Assembly: GCA_002633005.1 (NCBI GenBank)
Contig: NMRA01000406.1
Span: forward strand, 347,746 to 411,745
DNA: 64,000 nucleotides
Direction of reading: 5' to 3'
From: Phoronis australis
Lineage: Eukaryota; Animalia; Phoronida
Part shown: one piece after another, positions 26,579 through 39,700 of the stretch
How positions within the stretch are numbered: the first letter of the stretch is position 1
Layout: the number at the start of each line of letters is the position of its first letter
Position numbers and translations under genes: made by a program
Notes under the pieces: generated by a model
The model's database searches: none
Told to the model about the DNA's origin: nothing
The model's input: the letters and a program-made list of their open reading frames with translations, nothing else

Positions 26579-26638
26579 ATCTGGCTGTACTTCTGGTAAA
26601 GTCTGGGTGATGGGTCGTTTTCCAGCAGTGGGCGGCAT
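26579..26638 (-). CDS. ACTR8: ACTR8 exon 1 (copy B, in duplicated segment)
   Basis: Same peptide MPPTAGKRPITQTLPEVQPD and same donor; one synonymous difference from copy A. Confidence 0.75.
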
Positions 26639-27448
26639 GACTTTGTAGAGCGTTTTACAACTCCTCGCACCAAGAAGTTTTTGTGTCCACCGATAGTACA
26701 ACTGTTACGTTAGCGCTTCCTAGTGGTGGATGATTGAACTAAAATTCGCAACGTTCCCAACCCTTTGCCGTGCTACTTCTGATTCTGATGCAGTCACAAC
26801 AATACCTTCTCAATAACGATTGCATGTTTAAAGATAAGTAACCGGCACCTATGTTCCTGGAAACCTGAATCAAATGCAAGCAATAGAAGCCTATAGTCAT
26901 TAATTTTGACATTTTATGGGCACACAAAGATGTCTGCTAAACTTTGCTACTGCTAGTGTTGACAGTTTTGGATTAATGTCTACGTGGAGTGAGTGTGTTG
27001 GTACATGTCAATGAATACCACATACTTGTCATTTTATTAACTTTGTTTATAGTGTTCTACATGTAAATAGGCTTGAATTCTCTGTAACCATGGATCATAA
27101 GTGTTTTATTTACTCGGCATAACTTACCGTGCGGATTTTTTTACTGACTCTGTCGGTCTTTAGCTTGAGAACTCAAAATATGTGAACAGTGACATTGATC
27201 ACAACTAATTTACGCACGAGCCAATTAAATTTTTCAAATTTTGACAAAAAGTTTTTTTTAAATAATCGATTGAGACCTGGAGACTGAATGTCGTCGTTCA
27301 TTTTAAACTTACTGAACTTGAAAAAACTGAATAATCAAAACACCCTTAACTAACTTAGACCCACAACTCTTTGAAGTCATCTTTGAAACAGTGAGTTAAA
27401 CTATGTTAAATTTTTGATAAGCATGTTTTTATTTGCACTTGCAGGTCA
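26639..27448. promoter_or_regulatory. Probable bidirectional promoter / 5' UTR region between ACTR8 (-) and the 519-aa ORF (+)
   Basis: Divergent ATGs at 26638 (-) and 27449 (+), ~810 bp apart; inferred from gene geometry only. Confidence 0.45.
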
Positions 27449-29008
27449 ATGGAGTCCAACTTTCCCTCAATGTCAAAAACAGAGTTAACTAATGCATGGA
27501 TGGTCAAACACTTTCAAGTTCAAAACAGTACTGAACCTAGTGATTTAAGACCATCATGGTACAGGTTGGAAGTTGTGCCAAAGAGCCTAGAAAGTAATGG
27601 TGAGCCAAACAAAGTGACCCCTAAAAGGAAATGTTCAAGCATCACGACCAGCATGGAGGTTGAAGCGTCCGATGTGCACTCTAATGACTTTACTAGATGC
27701 GAAGTAGGTGGTCTCAGGGGATTTGTCAGTAAGATATTCTCACGTTTGACACCAGTAAGCAACTCCCCAGAGTACAAGAAACTTTGTCGGTCACCAGGAT
27801 ACATGTCGAGTCATGTTGCTGCAGCTGTTGAGCCTCACAGTACTTGCATACACCGGGGTGCAATGAACAGAGTTGACTGCATGGCCAGTAAAGTGGATGG
27901 CAGAGACACTTCACCACCATCACATTCAGAGCAAAAAACAGGTTCTACTACACTAAGAAACACAGCAGTTTCACCAAACCCCTGTTCATCAAATACGAAT
28001 GCAGTGGTTTTGATGGAGATTGACGAAATTCCTTCAGATCCATTTCTTACACCTAAAGTGTGTTGTAATGCACCGGCATCCATGTGTACAAAAGTACGCA
28101 GCTTGTGCAATAGGTATGAAACTTTGTCATTGGCCACAAAGACAAGATCCTCACCAAGAGTGAAAAGAATGCAAAACCACAACAAAAAATTAAGTCATGC
28201 AAACAACCTGTCATTTGAAAATGTAGCTTCATCCAACTCGTTTATTCTCAGTTCCAGAAGACGTCATGATACATGTAGCCTTCCAGATTTCGATGTGTAC
28301 CAACATGCTCAATCAGGAAGTCTAAGGCAAAGATCATCAAGTTACTCAGACCTGTCTCGATTTGAACGCTACAGCAACACCATATCCTCTGCTGGAATGG
28401 AAGTCTTTATAGAGGAGGTACGCAAAACTTTCCACGCTCTCAAAATTGAAGACAAAGTTAATGTAAATAAAGTTTCAAATTGTAAAACAGATAACGATTT
28501 GATTGACTTCGATGGAACAGTGCCAACTAGAGCTTACTTGAAAGAGGCCATGTCAAACTTGAAAAGACGTATGGCAGGAAGTGACAACCAGTGCATACTA
28601 GGTAAAAACATCTTGCCTTCCTACAGTACAAAGAAATCAACACTAGGAAAACGTTTGAAGAAATATCTTCTGGCAGCGTCTTGTTCATCTTCAAAAGATC
28701 TTGGAGCATCACCCAAACATTCATCAATAGCTGCATGGCATAAGCTCAAAGAGTCAACTGCTGGATGTTCAGAAGGCAATGATCCAAACATCCAATCATC
28801 AACATTAGAAGACGAAGACTCCAAGAAGTTTGCTTGCTCCTCCTCACAATCACATTCCATAAGTGATGACATGCAGGAGGAGACTTCAGAGATAGACCTC
28901 ACAGAGGTGTCCCAGTTATCATTTGCTTGGAATGACAAATCCTCTATTCTGAAGAGTCCACAGATACAACCATGCAAGAAATCAGTAAGATTCAGTTTGC
29001 ATGACTGA
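27449..29008 (+). CDS. Intronless 519-aa Ser/Thr/Cys-rich, probably disordered protein of unknown family; C-terminal SILK + RVxF (KKSVRF) putative PP1-docking motifs
   Basis: 1560-nt uninterrupted ORF in AT-rich DNA; splice acceptor ttgcAG at 27443-27444 just upstream of the ATG; AATAAA at 29068 and 29142. Confidence 0.75.
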   Translation: MESNFPSMSKTELTNAWMVKHFQVQNSTEPSDLRPSWYRLEVVPKSLESNGEPNKVTPKRKCSSITTSMEVEASDVHSNDFTRCEVGGLRGFVSKIFSRLTPVSNSPEYKKLCRSPGYMSSHVAAAVEPHSTCIHRGAMNRVDCMASKVDGRDTSPPSHSEQKTGSTTLRNTAVSPNPCSSNTNAVVLMEIDEIPSDPFLTPKVCCNAPASMCTKVRSLCNRYETLSLATKTRSSPRVKRMQNHNKKLSHANNLSFENVASSNSFILSSRRRHDTCSLPDFDVYQHAQSGSLRQRSSSYSDLSRFERYSNTISSAGMEVFIEEVRKTFHALKIEDKVNVNKVSNCKTDNDLIDFDGTVPTRAYLKEAMSNLKRRMAGSDNQCILGKNILPSYSTKKSTLGKRLKKYLLAASCSSSKDLGASPKHSSIAAWHKLKESTAGCSEGNDPNIQSSTLEDEDSKKFACSSSQSHSISDDMQEETSEIDLTEVSQLSFAWNDKSSILKSPQIQPCKKSVRFSLHD

Positions 29009-30104
29009 CCTCATTTGGTGGTGTTGCAGTCTTGTTCTAGTTCATGATTTTTAATAAGTAATTTGTGAATAAATGATAATTCTGCATTGTGGTTATTAGG
29101 TAAGACTCTTGTTGCATTATTACAAAGTTGGTATTGAGGACAATAAATTACAATTCAAGTAAATGTTTTATTTAGAAAATAGTAAAGCATGCAATGTGTG
29201 CACAGATCACGTCAATTTCCATGTAAGAAATGTCCACTGAAATATGCTACTGAAACTGGCCTCATTAAAGAAATTCAGCAATTAAAATAAACATTTCTAA
29301 AAATTTATACCATTTATTTATTTATTTGGCTACATCCAAATTAAATGAACTTTAACATTTTTTAAAATAATTTGCACACAGGCACATGTGCTTAAACTTC
29401 ACTTGAAAGCAGCCATCCTGACTTGGGTGTTTTGGTGTACCTGTTGTTCATTCTTGGCACTTAGCATTCAAATATCAATTATTTAAATTGAAAACATCAA
29501 CATCTAATGCTTTACAGCAACGTAGGAAAATCTTCACTTGCATGTTACCTTAAAATTTATTTGCTTTATTCTAACCTAAATGATTTAACATACCTAATTC
29601 CACATTAAGTAATTGGTAAAACATATCATTTTTTGGCATACCGATTTAAAAGCATAACACAACATGAAAAATACAGGTGTTGTGCACCATTTTGGCAAAG
29701 ATAATCAGTTTCACATGGCCTACATACAAAATTGTCAAAAATGTACATTTCACGAGGACAACAGTTGGATATAACGTGCACACATTTTGAGAACCAGTTT
29801 GATGCCTGTTATTAAATGGAGATGACTGCTTCTCAAAATGCAGCACAACATATGAGACTATTACCTTTTCTGTGTCTTATTTACCAGGAACCTTTGCGTG
29901 ACCAAAGAAGGCCTCGTTCTTATCACTCTTGCAGATGATGCTACAATCTCATGGGACTTCACTTACCAAAATGTAATCTAACATTGAAAACTTCTCACAC
30001 ACCATTCTCCTTCATTCAGTTACTAACACCAAACCATATCAATTGCAAAATTTCCCATTTGGAACACGATGTGCACATCATTCTAATACCAATATTTAAG
30101 TAAA

Positions 30105-30367
30105 CTAAGTCAACTTGTGCTGCATTACCACTCTGACATTGGCTGGTGTTGTTTCACTGGTTATCACCGAAAAGTTCTGCACAAATGCGAGTCCTTTCAT
30201 TTTGCACACTCCCTCTGATGAGCAGTAATAAACCATACACTCCATTTTGACACAGACATCTTTGTTTGCAAGTAAACTGGGGATATGCAATTTCAGTTTT
30301 GGTTGTTTTCCAAGACTGTCCAGTTTGCCACTGACTTTGTCCATTGTCATAGTCTGGATGTCGCAGT
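30105..30367 (-). CDS. NHLRC2: NHLRC2 terminal exon
   Basis: ...[21 protein letters not shown]...HKLT*. Confidence 0.88.
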
Positions 30368-33300
30368 CTGAAAAATGACCAAAACTCAGTATTAGCACCA
30401 TTTTATGAAAGTACAAAATGCATGATTTAGGGAGAAAGAAGGTCCACATTTGCTACTTCCGTGCAAGCTCTCCTCATAAAAATGGTGAAGCGCACAATAC
30501 AAAATCAACTATTCAGGGTTGTTTTCCACACAATCCCATTACTAAAGAAATCGTAAACAACCAACAGCTTCAAGATTGCCACAAACATGAATATTCAGGC
30601 ATTTATAGTTGTGGCAACAATGAAGTGACAGGATATTGTTTTCACCTAACTATGTCAAACTTTCTGTGCACTTTTGATGGGAAAAGGGGATGCAAAAAAT
30701 TTACTTTAGTATCCTGATAAAAATGGAAATAATCATGAACTGTCACCTACAAGTGTCAAAACAAACATTTTTGATTAACTATCAAAATGAATTGAAAGGT
30801 GATAAACCTGGTTTTGACCTTTTGGCCACTGTGTTATAAAATTCAGTTTTACGATTTCTAGGCTTCAGAAGAACTGAGAACATTTGATTTAGACCATTAA
30901 TTTAGACAGTGGGATTTCAGGTGATTTATTACCGGCAATTTCAATCTAAATAAAAGATAATATGGCATTGTTGTTGTTGTGGGAGAGTAAAACATGTGTG
31001 AAGAAAAGTCAATGTTTTTAACACCAGAACATGGTTGATGGCAGTTGGAACAAAAATTTGGTTTGCCTCGTTGCCTTATTTTAAAATTAACCCAGGATGC
31101 AATGGCGGCTTGGTTATGTACAACTCCCTTCTGTAATGCACTACATCTGATGCCACCCAGAACTTTAACTCAATATTGAACTGAAACTTTGATAAGTATC
31201 CCACCGTTCTGTGTTTGAGAAAGTGATTAGTGTCTTCTACTCATACCTGGAGTTGTGATTAGCCATGAACTAGGGGCCCCTTCAGTCAAGTGGCCTCCAT
31301 TGTCTATATTAAGGTCAAGCTCAATTTCTAAAGTAGAGTTTACAGCAAGGTTTAATGATTCTTCTCGGATTACGACAGGTGACTTGCCAGCGATGGTCCA
31401 AGTATGACACGATGGCTCATAATCTGTGTAGTCTTTCTTAACTTTTGGAAAAATAATGGGAAGCTGAAACAAATAATGGTGATATTGGTAAGTGTAGTAA
31501 TACAATAAGCAGACCAAATGGATGGTGTAACAACAATAACAACAATGTTCTATTCCCCTGTAACTGACTGTGTCTGCGTATCATTACTTGATGTTGGGCC
31601 TAGCAAGGTGGCCACTGTTTTTGTTTGTGAGGATGGTGTTTTAATAAACACCGAAACATGTTGAGTCGATTTAAATCTATCGTTGTTTTTATCAACATAT
31701 GCTGCTACTTGCTATCAGCAGCAAATTACAGTTCACTTAATAAATATTTCAGCAAGATTTTGCTCACCACTCAGACTTTGAAAACACAGTCAAGTAAAAT
31801 TTGAGGAAGATTGGTGATAAATTTTGATGAATCTGGAGTGTGTGGTCAGTAAGCTGTGGGCTGAGATGGTACTTTGCAAGTTATCAGCCAACAGTTGACA
31901 ACACATGGGAGATAACACAGAAAACACGATCCACTTGCGTTAACAAAAAAATCACAAACACAAAATCCACCAATTCCATAGAAGATCAAAAAACACTGGT
32001 TTGTCAATGAAGCATCTTACCTGAGACACAGTCCCCTCACTTCTGTTGAACACTTTGATGACGTGATTGTTGGTGTCAGCTATGTACAATAAGCCTCTCT
32101 TCTGGTCTACACACAATCCACCGGGTTCATTCATTTCCACTGTATCCAAGGGTCCGCACACATTTCCAGGGCGACCACTTCCAAACAATGCATTGCATAA
32201 CTTTGAAGAAGAGTCGATAACCTTGATCTAGTGTAAGGAGAGAATTCCAAGACATATTTAACGGTCATTGAACAAGGTGTAATAGGTTGGTAATTAAAGG
32301 TCTTACAGTTCCCTGCAACAGCTGTACTTCACAGTGGGTTCTATCAATAGTACTAAAGAGACTGACAGTAGGTAAGAAATAAATCCATAAAATGGTTCAG
32401 AAAACCCCAATTTTTCCCATCTCAAGTCACTAGAAATGACGCATAAGATGAATAAACCGTGGAGTGAAATATACAGACTGCTGAATGAGATGTAAAGACT
32501 GCATACAAACATACAAACATACAGACTGACGAGGGAGATATAGGAGGTGCTACAGAAAACTTCGGATAAATTGGATATTGTCAGCAAACGCGATTAATTG
32601 ACCTTGACATCCTTCGCAAGTTTGCGTGCCTGTGGTTATTCACGTGGTGCATGCGCATCACTGGGCTTCCTGCATGTTTAGCCAGGCTGATTTTCAGGCG
32701 TAATCGCTGCTTGTGTTTTATGAGAATCAAATAGAAACCTTGTGGTTATAGGAGTCTGCCACAGCCACTTCGCCTTTTTCTTCATTCACCACGGCCACCG
32801 CCAAGGGGTGCTGGAATTTAGCATCCACTCCTTTGCCATCTTTATCACCAAAAGCAAACAGGTTCTGAAAAACCATCATTATTACTATTATCACACCAGT
32901 AGCAGAAACAGAATACACTTGACACTCATAGTCATTCGACATTTACACTTATAAGCTTGCTAAATTCCTCTTCACCATGCATATTGCTGATAATAACTGA
33001 ACACTAACACACTCATTTCAGTTTGTCTGTACTCTTATTGATGCAACATGTTCTTATGACGTGTGTAGTCTGCTAACTTAACATTCTCGTTGATGAGGTT
33101 ATAGAATTGTGCCTTAAAGGAGCATGCCACTCAAAAAACAACCTAATTTGTATCAATTTAGATCGAGTAGTTCTACTCCATAACGACACGTACGGTTGCG
33201 TTACCTGACACCTGACGGCAGACGGAGGTGTTGAAATTATCCAATGACGTCATCGGTTTCACACGCAGTCTGTTCAGCAGTTCACAACACGGGTTACCAG

Positions 33301-35547
33301 TGTCAGCTTATCGCTTGAAGTCATCGTTTAACACCAATAAATCATCAAACTTCGATGTAAAATCCTTAAAAATACACCGAGTTCTTACAAAAACGTGTTG
33401 TTTTATTTTGCTTTTACGGATTTATTGGTATTTGGATACACCGTAGCCTACAAAGTTCGGCAGGCCAATAAGGTCCGTAGCAGGAGTTTGGGGTCTATTC
33501 GGAGATAATTTCGAAGTATTTTCCGTGAGATACAGACAGGAGAACCTAGATCTGTGTTGTTTAGACTTGTGATTTTTTGAGTTCTAAACACAAAACGCTT
33601 GTTATCCTGGCCAGTGACTCGGAGCCCGACCTGGCCCGTCGCGGCCGGTCGGATTGACTCGTTATCCCGGCCAGTGGCTCGGAAACTGATCAGACATCAC
33701 GAACATAAACCAGCCAAATTTCAGTAGAAACTAAACTTCCAGTCAAGAAAGTACTATACTATTGAACCAAAGTAATGTGCACCTGATTATGTAGGCCCAA
33801 TTAGCCACGAAACTGCAAAGTTTAATCTACTTACTCGTCGGGGGCCGCGAATTCAGGTTCCGCTTTGGCCACAGCACCGTCAGGGTAGAAGTTGTACAAT
33901 GACAATCATTATTTGAGTAATGTAAATGTGAACAAAGATTCCCCTAACACCTGGCCGTGTAATGGAAATTGAGTTGTTCCACAACAGTTTCTGCCAGCAA
34001 ACACTAAATTAGCATGAGCTCACACTGCCTCGGTGTCCCGTCAATTAGTTTTATTGCACCTAAAGCCGGTAACGCAGTGATTTATTCATTGCTGGCTTCT
34101 CGAATCATTTGCACTCACGAACACTCCAAAGGCATTACAAATTGTATCTAATGAGACAGACTTTGTTTCAGTTTTACATAAGTATTGGTTAGGGTGAGAA
34201 TAATTCATTTTGAAACAGAACGCTCAGTAATAAATGCCAACATGACAACTCACAATCCCTGAGCCGACTTAGGACGAGCTAGAGCTCATCAGTCCCGACT
34301 TCGCAGGTGGATCGTTAAGTTTTACTGCTATCAATTCGAACAGGAATACAGTGATGAAGAAATACTAGAGAGGCGCCGTGAACAAGCTCAGACAACGGAA
34401 CGTATGGAGTTATTTGGTATGCCGGCATTCGTCAGGCACGGCTGTCGACGTCTGCAGGCCACAGACATGGAGATGTTTCACGGCCTCATACTTGCTATTT
34501 ACTGCGTAAATTTCATTCTTCACTACCATGAGCCACTTCCTAAGCATTTCGGACTCTCGAGGAAGTAAAAAAAACGATATACCCGGTTTCCTCACAGCTG
34601 CTTAGTTCGGACAAGCGGGAACGATGCACCGCAACATAGCTGCATTCACTCTGCATATGAACCACTGACGTCGCTAGCGTCGTTTCTCACCTTCCTCACC
34701 TCTTGGTAAAGTAAGGTCGACCGTATGCGAGGCGATGTAGATATAGACCGATTAAGACGGCAATAAAAAGACTAATTAAATCGGGTGGCATTCTCCTTTA
34801 ATAAGTTGTTGAACTGAGTATTATTCATTATTATACCACTTAGAAAACAATGTGGTACACCATACAATATTGGTAGTTATGTCAAAATGGAAAACACTTT
34901 TGGGTCTCTTTCATCATAGGTGTAGATACAGCCATGACTAAGACCACTGTTGGCACGTTGAATAAGAAAAAAATGTTGCAACTGATACGAAGTAATTTTT
35001 CATATTCAGACTTAATTACTGTCTATATGAGTCATATTAATGAACTGTTTACAAACTGAAATCAAAAGTTCGACCGCATTTAGCTAAGACAGAACTTACG
35101 ACAGGCTCTTGGTTTGTGTAAAATGATTTAAAGGAACCAGTATAAAATTATTAGATAAGTTCACAAACTAGACATCATCCATAAGTTTAATCAGTGAAAA
35201 AATGAACAATTTAATACTAGGAGACTGCTACATAACATCTTGTCACAAGAAGTTCGGTCCGCCACCGACATCCTTGAGATGAGAATGAAATGCAGTCATC
35301 TACCACAAGTCAACTGGATGTCTCAAAATGTCATCCTAAGGTGTTTTACACTTTTTTTCTAAACGTTCACTGACTGTAGGATCTCTTTACACCAAGTCAC
35401 CCTAAGTTGTCGTTTTACTGACTGTGGGATCTCTTTCTCCTCCAGCCACACTCTTGACAGCGCCATCTTTAATTGAGACACTCCTGATGGATGAACTTTC
35501 ACTGTCGGCGACATAAATCAAATGGTGCTGATGATCGACCGAAAGAC
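30105..35547 (-). CDS. NHLRC2: NHL repeat-containing protein 2, 3' part; exons 35423-35547, 32739-32864, 32021-32227, 31247-31463, 30105-30367
   Basis: Phase-consistent exons encode [32 protein letters not shown]|[21 protein letters not shown]...VADSYNHK|IKVID...NEPGGLC...[13 protein letters not shown]...[10 protein letters not shown]...[14 protein letters not shown], matching the recalled NHLRC2 C-terminal half. Confidence 0.93.
31247..31463 (-). CDS. NHLRC2: NHLRC2 exon
   Basis: LPIIFP...[17 protein letters not shown]. Confidence 0.88.
32021..32227 (-). CDS. NHLRC2: NHLRC2 exon
   Basis: IKVIDSSSK...[29 protein letters not shown]...VSQ. Confidence 0.92.
32739..32864 (-). CDS. NHLRC2: NHLRC2 exon
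   Basis: [42 protein letters not shown]. Confidence 0.92.
33118..34797. mobile_element. Non-autonomous Kolobok-type DNA transposon, copy 1 (NHLRC2 intron), with THAP-domain remnant
   Basis: TTAA|AGGAGCATGCCACTC ... GGGTGGCATTCTCCT|TTAA; minus-strand remnant CCG..C.N...[15 protein letters not shown]...HVCGLQ (THAP-like). TTAA TSD + AG..CT termini + THAP fit Kolobok. Confidence 0.8.
35423..35547 (-). CDS. NHLRC2: NHLRC2 exon (most 5' one visible)
   Basis: [42 protein letters not shown]; GTCAGT donor; acceptor position inferred. Confidence 0.85.
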
Positions 35548-36749
35548 CTTGTGAAGAGAGGTCATATCTTGATTCAATGAAGTCACAAGGAAGTAAATTT
35601 GCATGAAAGCAAGAAGAGGGCAATGCATTGTGGGACCACGGGGATGTAAGCAGGACAATGATCATCTACAGGTTGTTAAAACTTAAGCTAAAAAGCAACA
35701 AAACCGGCAAGAGCAACGCAAGGCGTTGAAATGTACCTGAAACTCCACCACAGATGGTATGCTTTTAGGGGTGATTATTGATATCATGAAAAGAGCTACT
35801 AAGTGGTGCAAAGTATGTCACTGGTCTCTCTAGCAGACACGTATCTACCAAAAATTTCATGACCACCTGCCCAAGAAATCCAAAGATACAGACTATGAGG
35901 CAAATGTAAGTAAATTAACTTGCCACTAAGAGTACAGCTGTAGTCGAACCCGTCTGAAAGAAGTTACAGTTGTCCAATTTCACAAAGATCCTACAAGGGG
36001 CTTAGGAGACACTGCTCTGGATGCAACAAAAAAAATAAAACTGCCCCATGGGGTGCTACAATAGCCAAACCATCCAAAAACTAACATCTGTCGTGCTGCT
36101 GTCAATTTTCTTAATGATACTTTGAACAGATTGGAGGATAGAATGATGCTGATGCCAAAAATCTCGAAAATAATAAAAATGGCGGCAAGGTGGTGCAGAA
36201 CTCAGCTCATTTATCTGAAAATAAAAAGAACTGATAAGTCGATCTTATTTAAATAGGGAAAATCTCATTTTGTCCCGAACTGGAATGTAACGTGACGCAA
36301 ATGAAAAATATCCAGATATTTTCAAAAAAAATGACTTGGTACGAAAGACTATCACTTTCTAAGCACATTAATGTCTTTGCTTTAAAAAACAAATAAACGA
36401 GATTTTGGTAATTGGCAATTAAAAATTTGTGTGTAACGGTAACGCAAATTTGCGTGCGTGATATAACGCAAAAATGCGTCACGTTACGCACTAGTGCGTA
36501 ACGTAACGCAAAGATTCGTAATATCACGCAAATATGCGTCATATCACGCAAAAATGCGTCACATCACGCATTTTTTTTCGTAATATGACGCACTTTTGCT
36601 TCATATTACCAGATTGTGCTTTATCGTTGAAATCTCGGATGCCGTAATGTGGAGTTGTCCGGGTGAAAACTTGGAAGTTGTGTAAATCAAATGTGACAGG
36701 TTTGTGTTTGTTGATAGTAGACTAATTTGTGTTTACGTTTTGTGAATTT

Positions 36750-39700
36750 CAAATATCGAATTTAATTGTTAATTGTCAAGTCCATATAGAGAAGTTAGCT
36801 TCTCTGCAAGCGATAACGGGCGCTGCGTCGGCGGTCTGATCTCAGCCGTGCGGGACTTCGCCTGCTTCATGTTGTTGCGTTTTTCTCGTTCTGCAAGAAT
36901 GGTTGTGTGTGAACATTTTATGAATTAGTGGTCGATTTCATAATGAAGTCCCTAACGTCTCTACGTGCGGCAGCTGTCGGAGGTACAGGAGATTTGTAGA
37001 CCATTTTTGCAATTCTCGCGTTACCGTTAGTGCACGAATACCTGAGCGCGAATGGGAAGGTGAGAAATGCCGAGTTACTTTAAATTAAAAATGGTCACTT
37101 GCCGAACAGAAATCTCATCTAAACAAATTTAGTTCTGTCCTGGCGACTAACAGAAGCAGCATGGTCAGGTATCAGCCGTACGTGAGTACTCATGGGTCCA
37201 ATGTCCGTCACTGAAGCGTTACGGTTCCGCAAGTTACCCAATGTCTAGGTACACTGTGAGAGGTCTTTACTACAAGTCAGTCATTAGCTGTTCGTCAACT
37301 TCATATTAGTTGCTAACTTCTCAACATGCGGCAAGCGAGAGCCCATGGGAGATTTGTAGATCATCGATGCTCGTGATTGCTGCGTAATCGTCCGGCACCA
37401 ATGGACGAGGAGGGGGTTATTGGGAGTTCGTTAATAAATGCTCTAGTCATTCATGTATAAAATGTTGATTGTCTAGTTAAATGTAAACTTGTTAACTTCT
37501 CTACTGTAGCTACTTGATCACATGAGAGCCGTACGGGAGATTTGTGCGCCTATTTACGTGATTGCTGCGTTATCGTTCCGCAAGAACGAAAAAAAGTGAA
37601 GTTACGCTAACATGAGAGTTATTTAATAAATACTGCCAGTCATAATTTAAATTAATAGTTGATTGTCGACTTCATATGAAGTGTTCAACTTTTTTACATG
37701 CGGCAAACAATAACTGCGTGGTCATATTACAGCCGGGAGGGAGATATGTAAGACTTGTTGCATATTGCGTCATCGTTCTGCAAGTTGACTGAGCGAAAAC
37801 ATACTTTTTTAAAAATAATTCCATTTAGTCATATTTTATATTAATAGTTAATTGTCGACTTCTCTTCATGCGACTAACAAGAGCAGAGTGGTCAGGTAGC
37901 AGCCGTATGACAATCTTGTGTTCAAACTCCGTCACTGTTGCGTTGTGGTTCAGCAAGTTACGTCTGCGAAGAGCCTGGGTCCTTATAAAACATGCCGACA
38001 ATTTTTAATTCATTAAATAGCAATTGTCAAACCAAAATGTCCACGTAAAATGATTTCACATGTGTACATGAGGGAAAAGAGAGCACTCCTTGACTAAACC
38101 AGTCTAGAGGCCCCCTTCAGTCATCGGGTTATAGACCCATCAGTATGTGACTGTTGCGTAATGGTTCTGCACGAATGAATGGTCGCAAAGTTCTATAATA
38201 AACACTGAGTCAGTCATGTTTTATGTTCATTGTCGACATGTAAAGTTCTTGACTTCTTTACAGGTAGCTAACGGGGCTTGATTGCTCAGATTTAAGCCGT
38301 ACTGGGGATTTGTAGGCCTATTCTAGTGGCTGTTGCGTTATCGTTCTGCAACATATTGCCTGAGAGCGATTTCCTGATAAGGACTAGGCCGTTCATGTTT
38401 AAGCTTATAAGTGCTAATTGGTGGTTTCATGAAAAGTTGTAAACTTCTGCACATGCGGCTTACAAGATCTGTGTGACCACATTTCAGCTACGCGGGAGGT
38501 TTGTAGACCAGTTTCGTGATTGTTGCGTCATCGTTCTGCAAGAATAGGTGAACACCAACACGCGAGTTCTTCAGTGACTTACAGCTAGTCATATTTTAAA
38601 TTAATAGTTAATTGTTGACTTCATAAAAACTATTTAACTTCTCTTGATGCGACTAACAGGACCAGCGTGGTCAGGTAACACCCGAGTGACTGCCTTGTGT
38701 TCAAACACAGTCAATATTGCGTTATATGGTTCAGCAAGTTACGGATTGCGAATATAATTCGTTATAAAAAATGCATATTTTTTACATTTAATAAACGTTT
38801 GTCAAATTCATGAAAAATTATTACATGTACACTTCTGTACTGGTGGGAAATGAAAGCTGCTTCGTCAAACCAGTCCCCAGGTCAACTTCAGTCATCGGTT
38901 GAAGACTCATCTTCGTGATTGCTGCGTTATCGTTCTGCACAAATGACTGGGCGGGAACTAGGGATTCTTTAATACCAACATACAGCCATATTTTCAGTTA
39001 AATGTTAATTGTCGACCTCCTGTAAAGTTTTTAACTTCCTTACATACGGTCACAAGAGATGCGTGGTCACATTTCAGACATACCACGCCGGCAGATCTTT
39101 AGACACCTCTTCGTGACTGATGCGTTATCCTTCTGCAAGAACGACTGAACGCCAATGGAAATGTAGTTTTTACATAAATGCTAACAGTTACTCATATTTT
39201 TTTACGACTGAACGCCAATGGAAATGTAGTTTTTACATAAATGCTAAGAGTTACTCATATTTTTAAATTAATTGTTAATTGTCGACTTCATAGAAAGTAT
39301 TTAACTTCTTCACATGCGACTAGCAGGAGCAGCGTGGTCAGGTAGCAGCCGTATGACAACCTTGTGTTCAAAGTCCGCCACTGTTGCGTTATGGTTCAGC
39401 AAGTTACGGATTGCGAAGGTAATTCGTTACTAAAAATGCTAAGTTTTTTACACTTAATAAACATTTGTCAAATTCGCGAGAAATTATTTTACTTTTGTGG
39501 TGGTGGGAAATGAAAGCTGCTTCGCCAAACCAGTCTCCAGGTCAACTTCAGTCATCAGTTGAAGACCGATCTTCGTGATTGTTGCGTTATCGTTCTGCAC
39601 GAATGACTGGGCGTGAACTTGNNNNNNNNNNNNNNNNNNNNNNNNNNNNNNNNNNNNNNNNNNNNNNNNNNNNNNNNNNNNNNNNNNNNNNNNNNNNNNN

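Larger units (their letters stand above)
24569..27101. repeat. Near-identical ~1.2-kb direct duplication (24569-25783 and 25881-27101) separated by a 96-bp TE-like start and a single N
   Basis: Copies align end to end with scattered SNPs and small indels. Confidence 0.95.

Noticed and set aside
27520-28977. Several minus-strand ORFs overlapping the 519-aa ORF
   Set aside because: Antisense shadows of the long + strand ORF.
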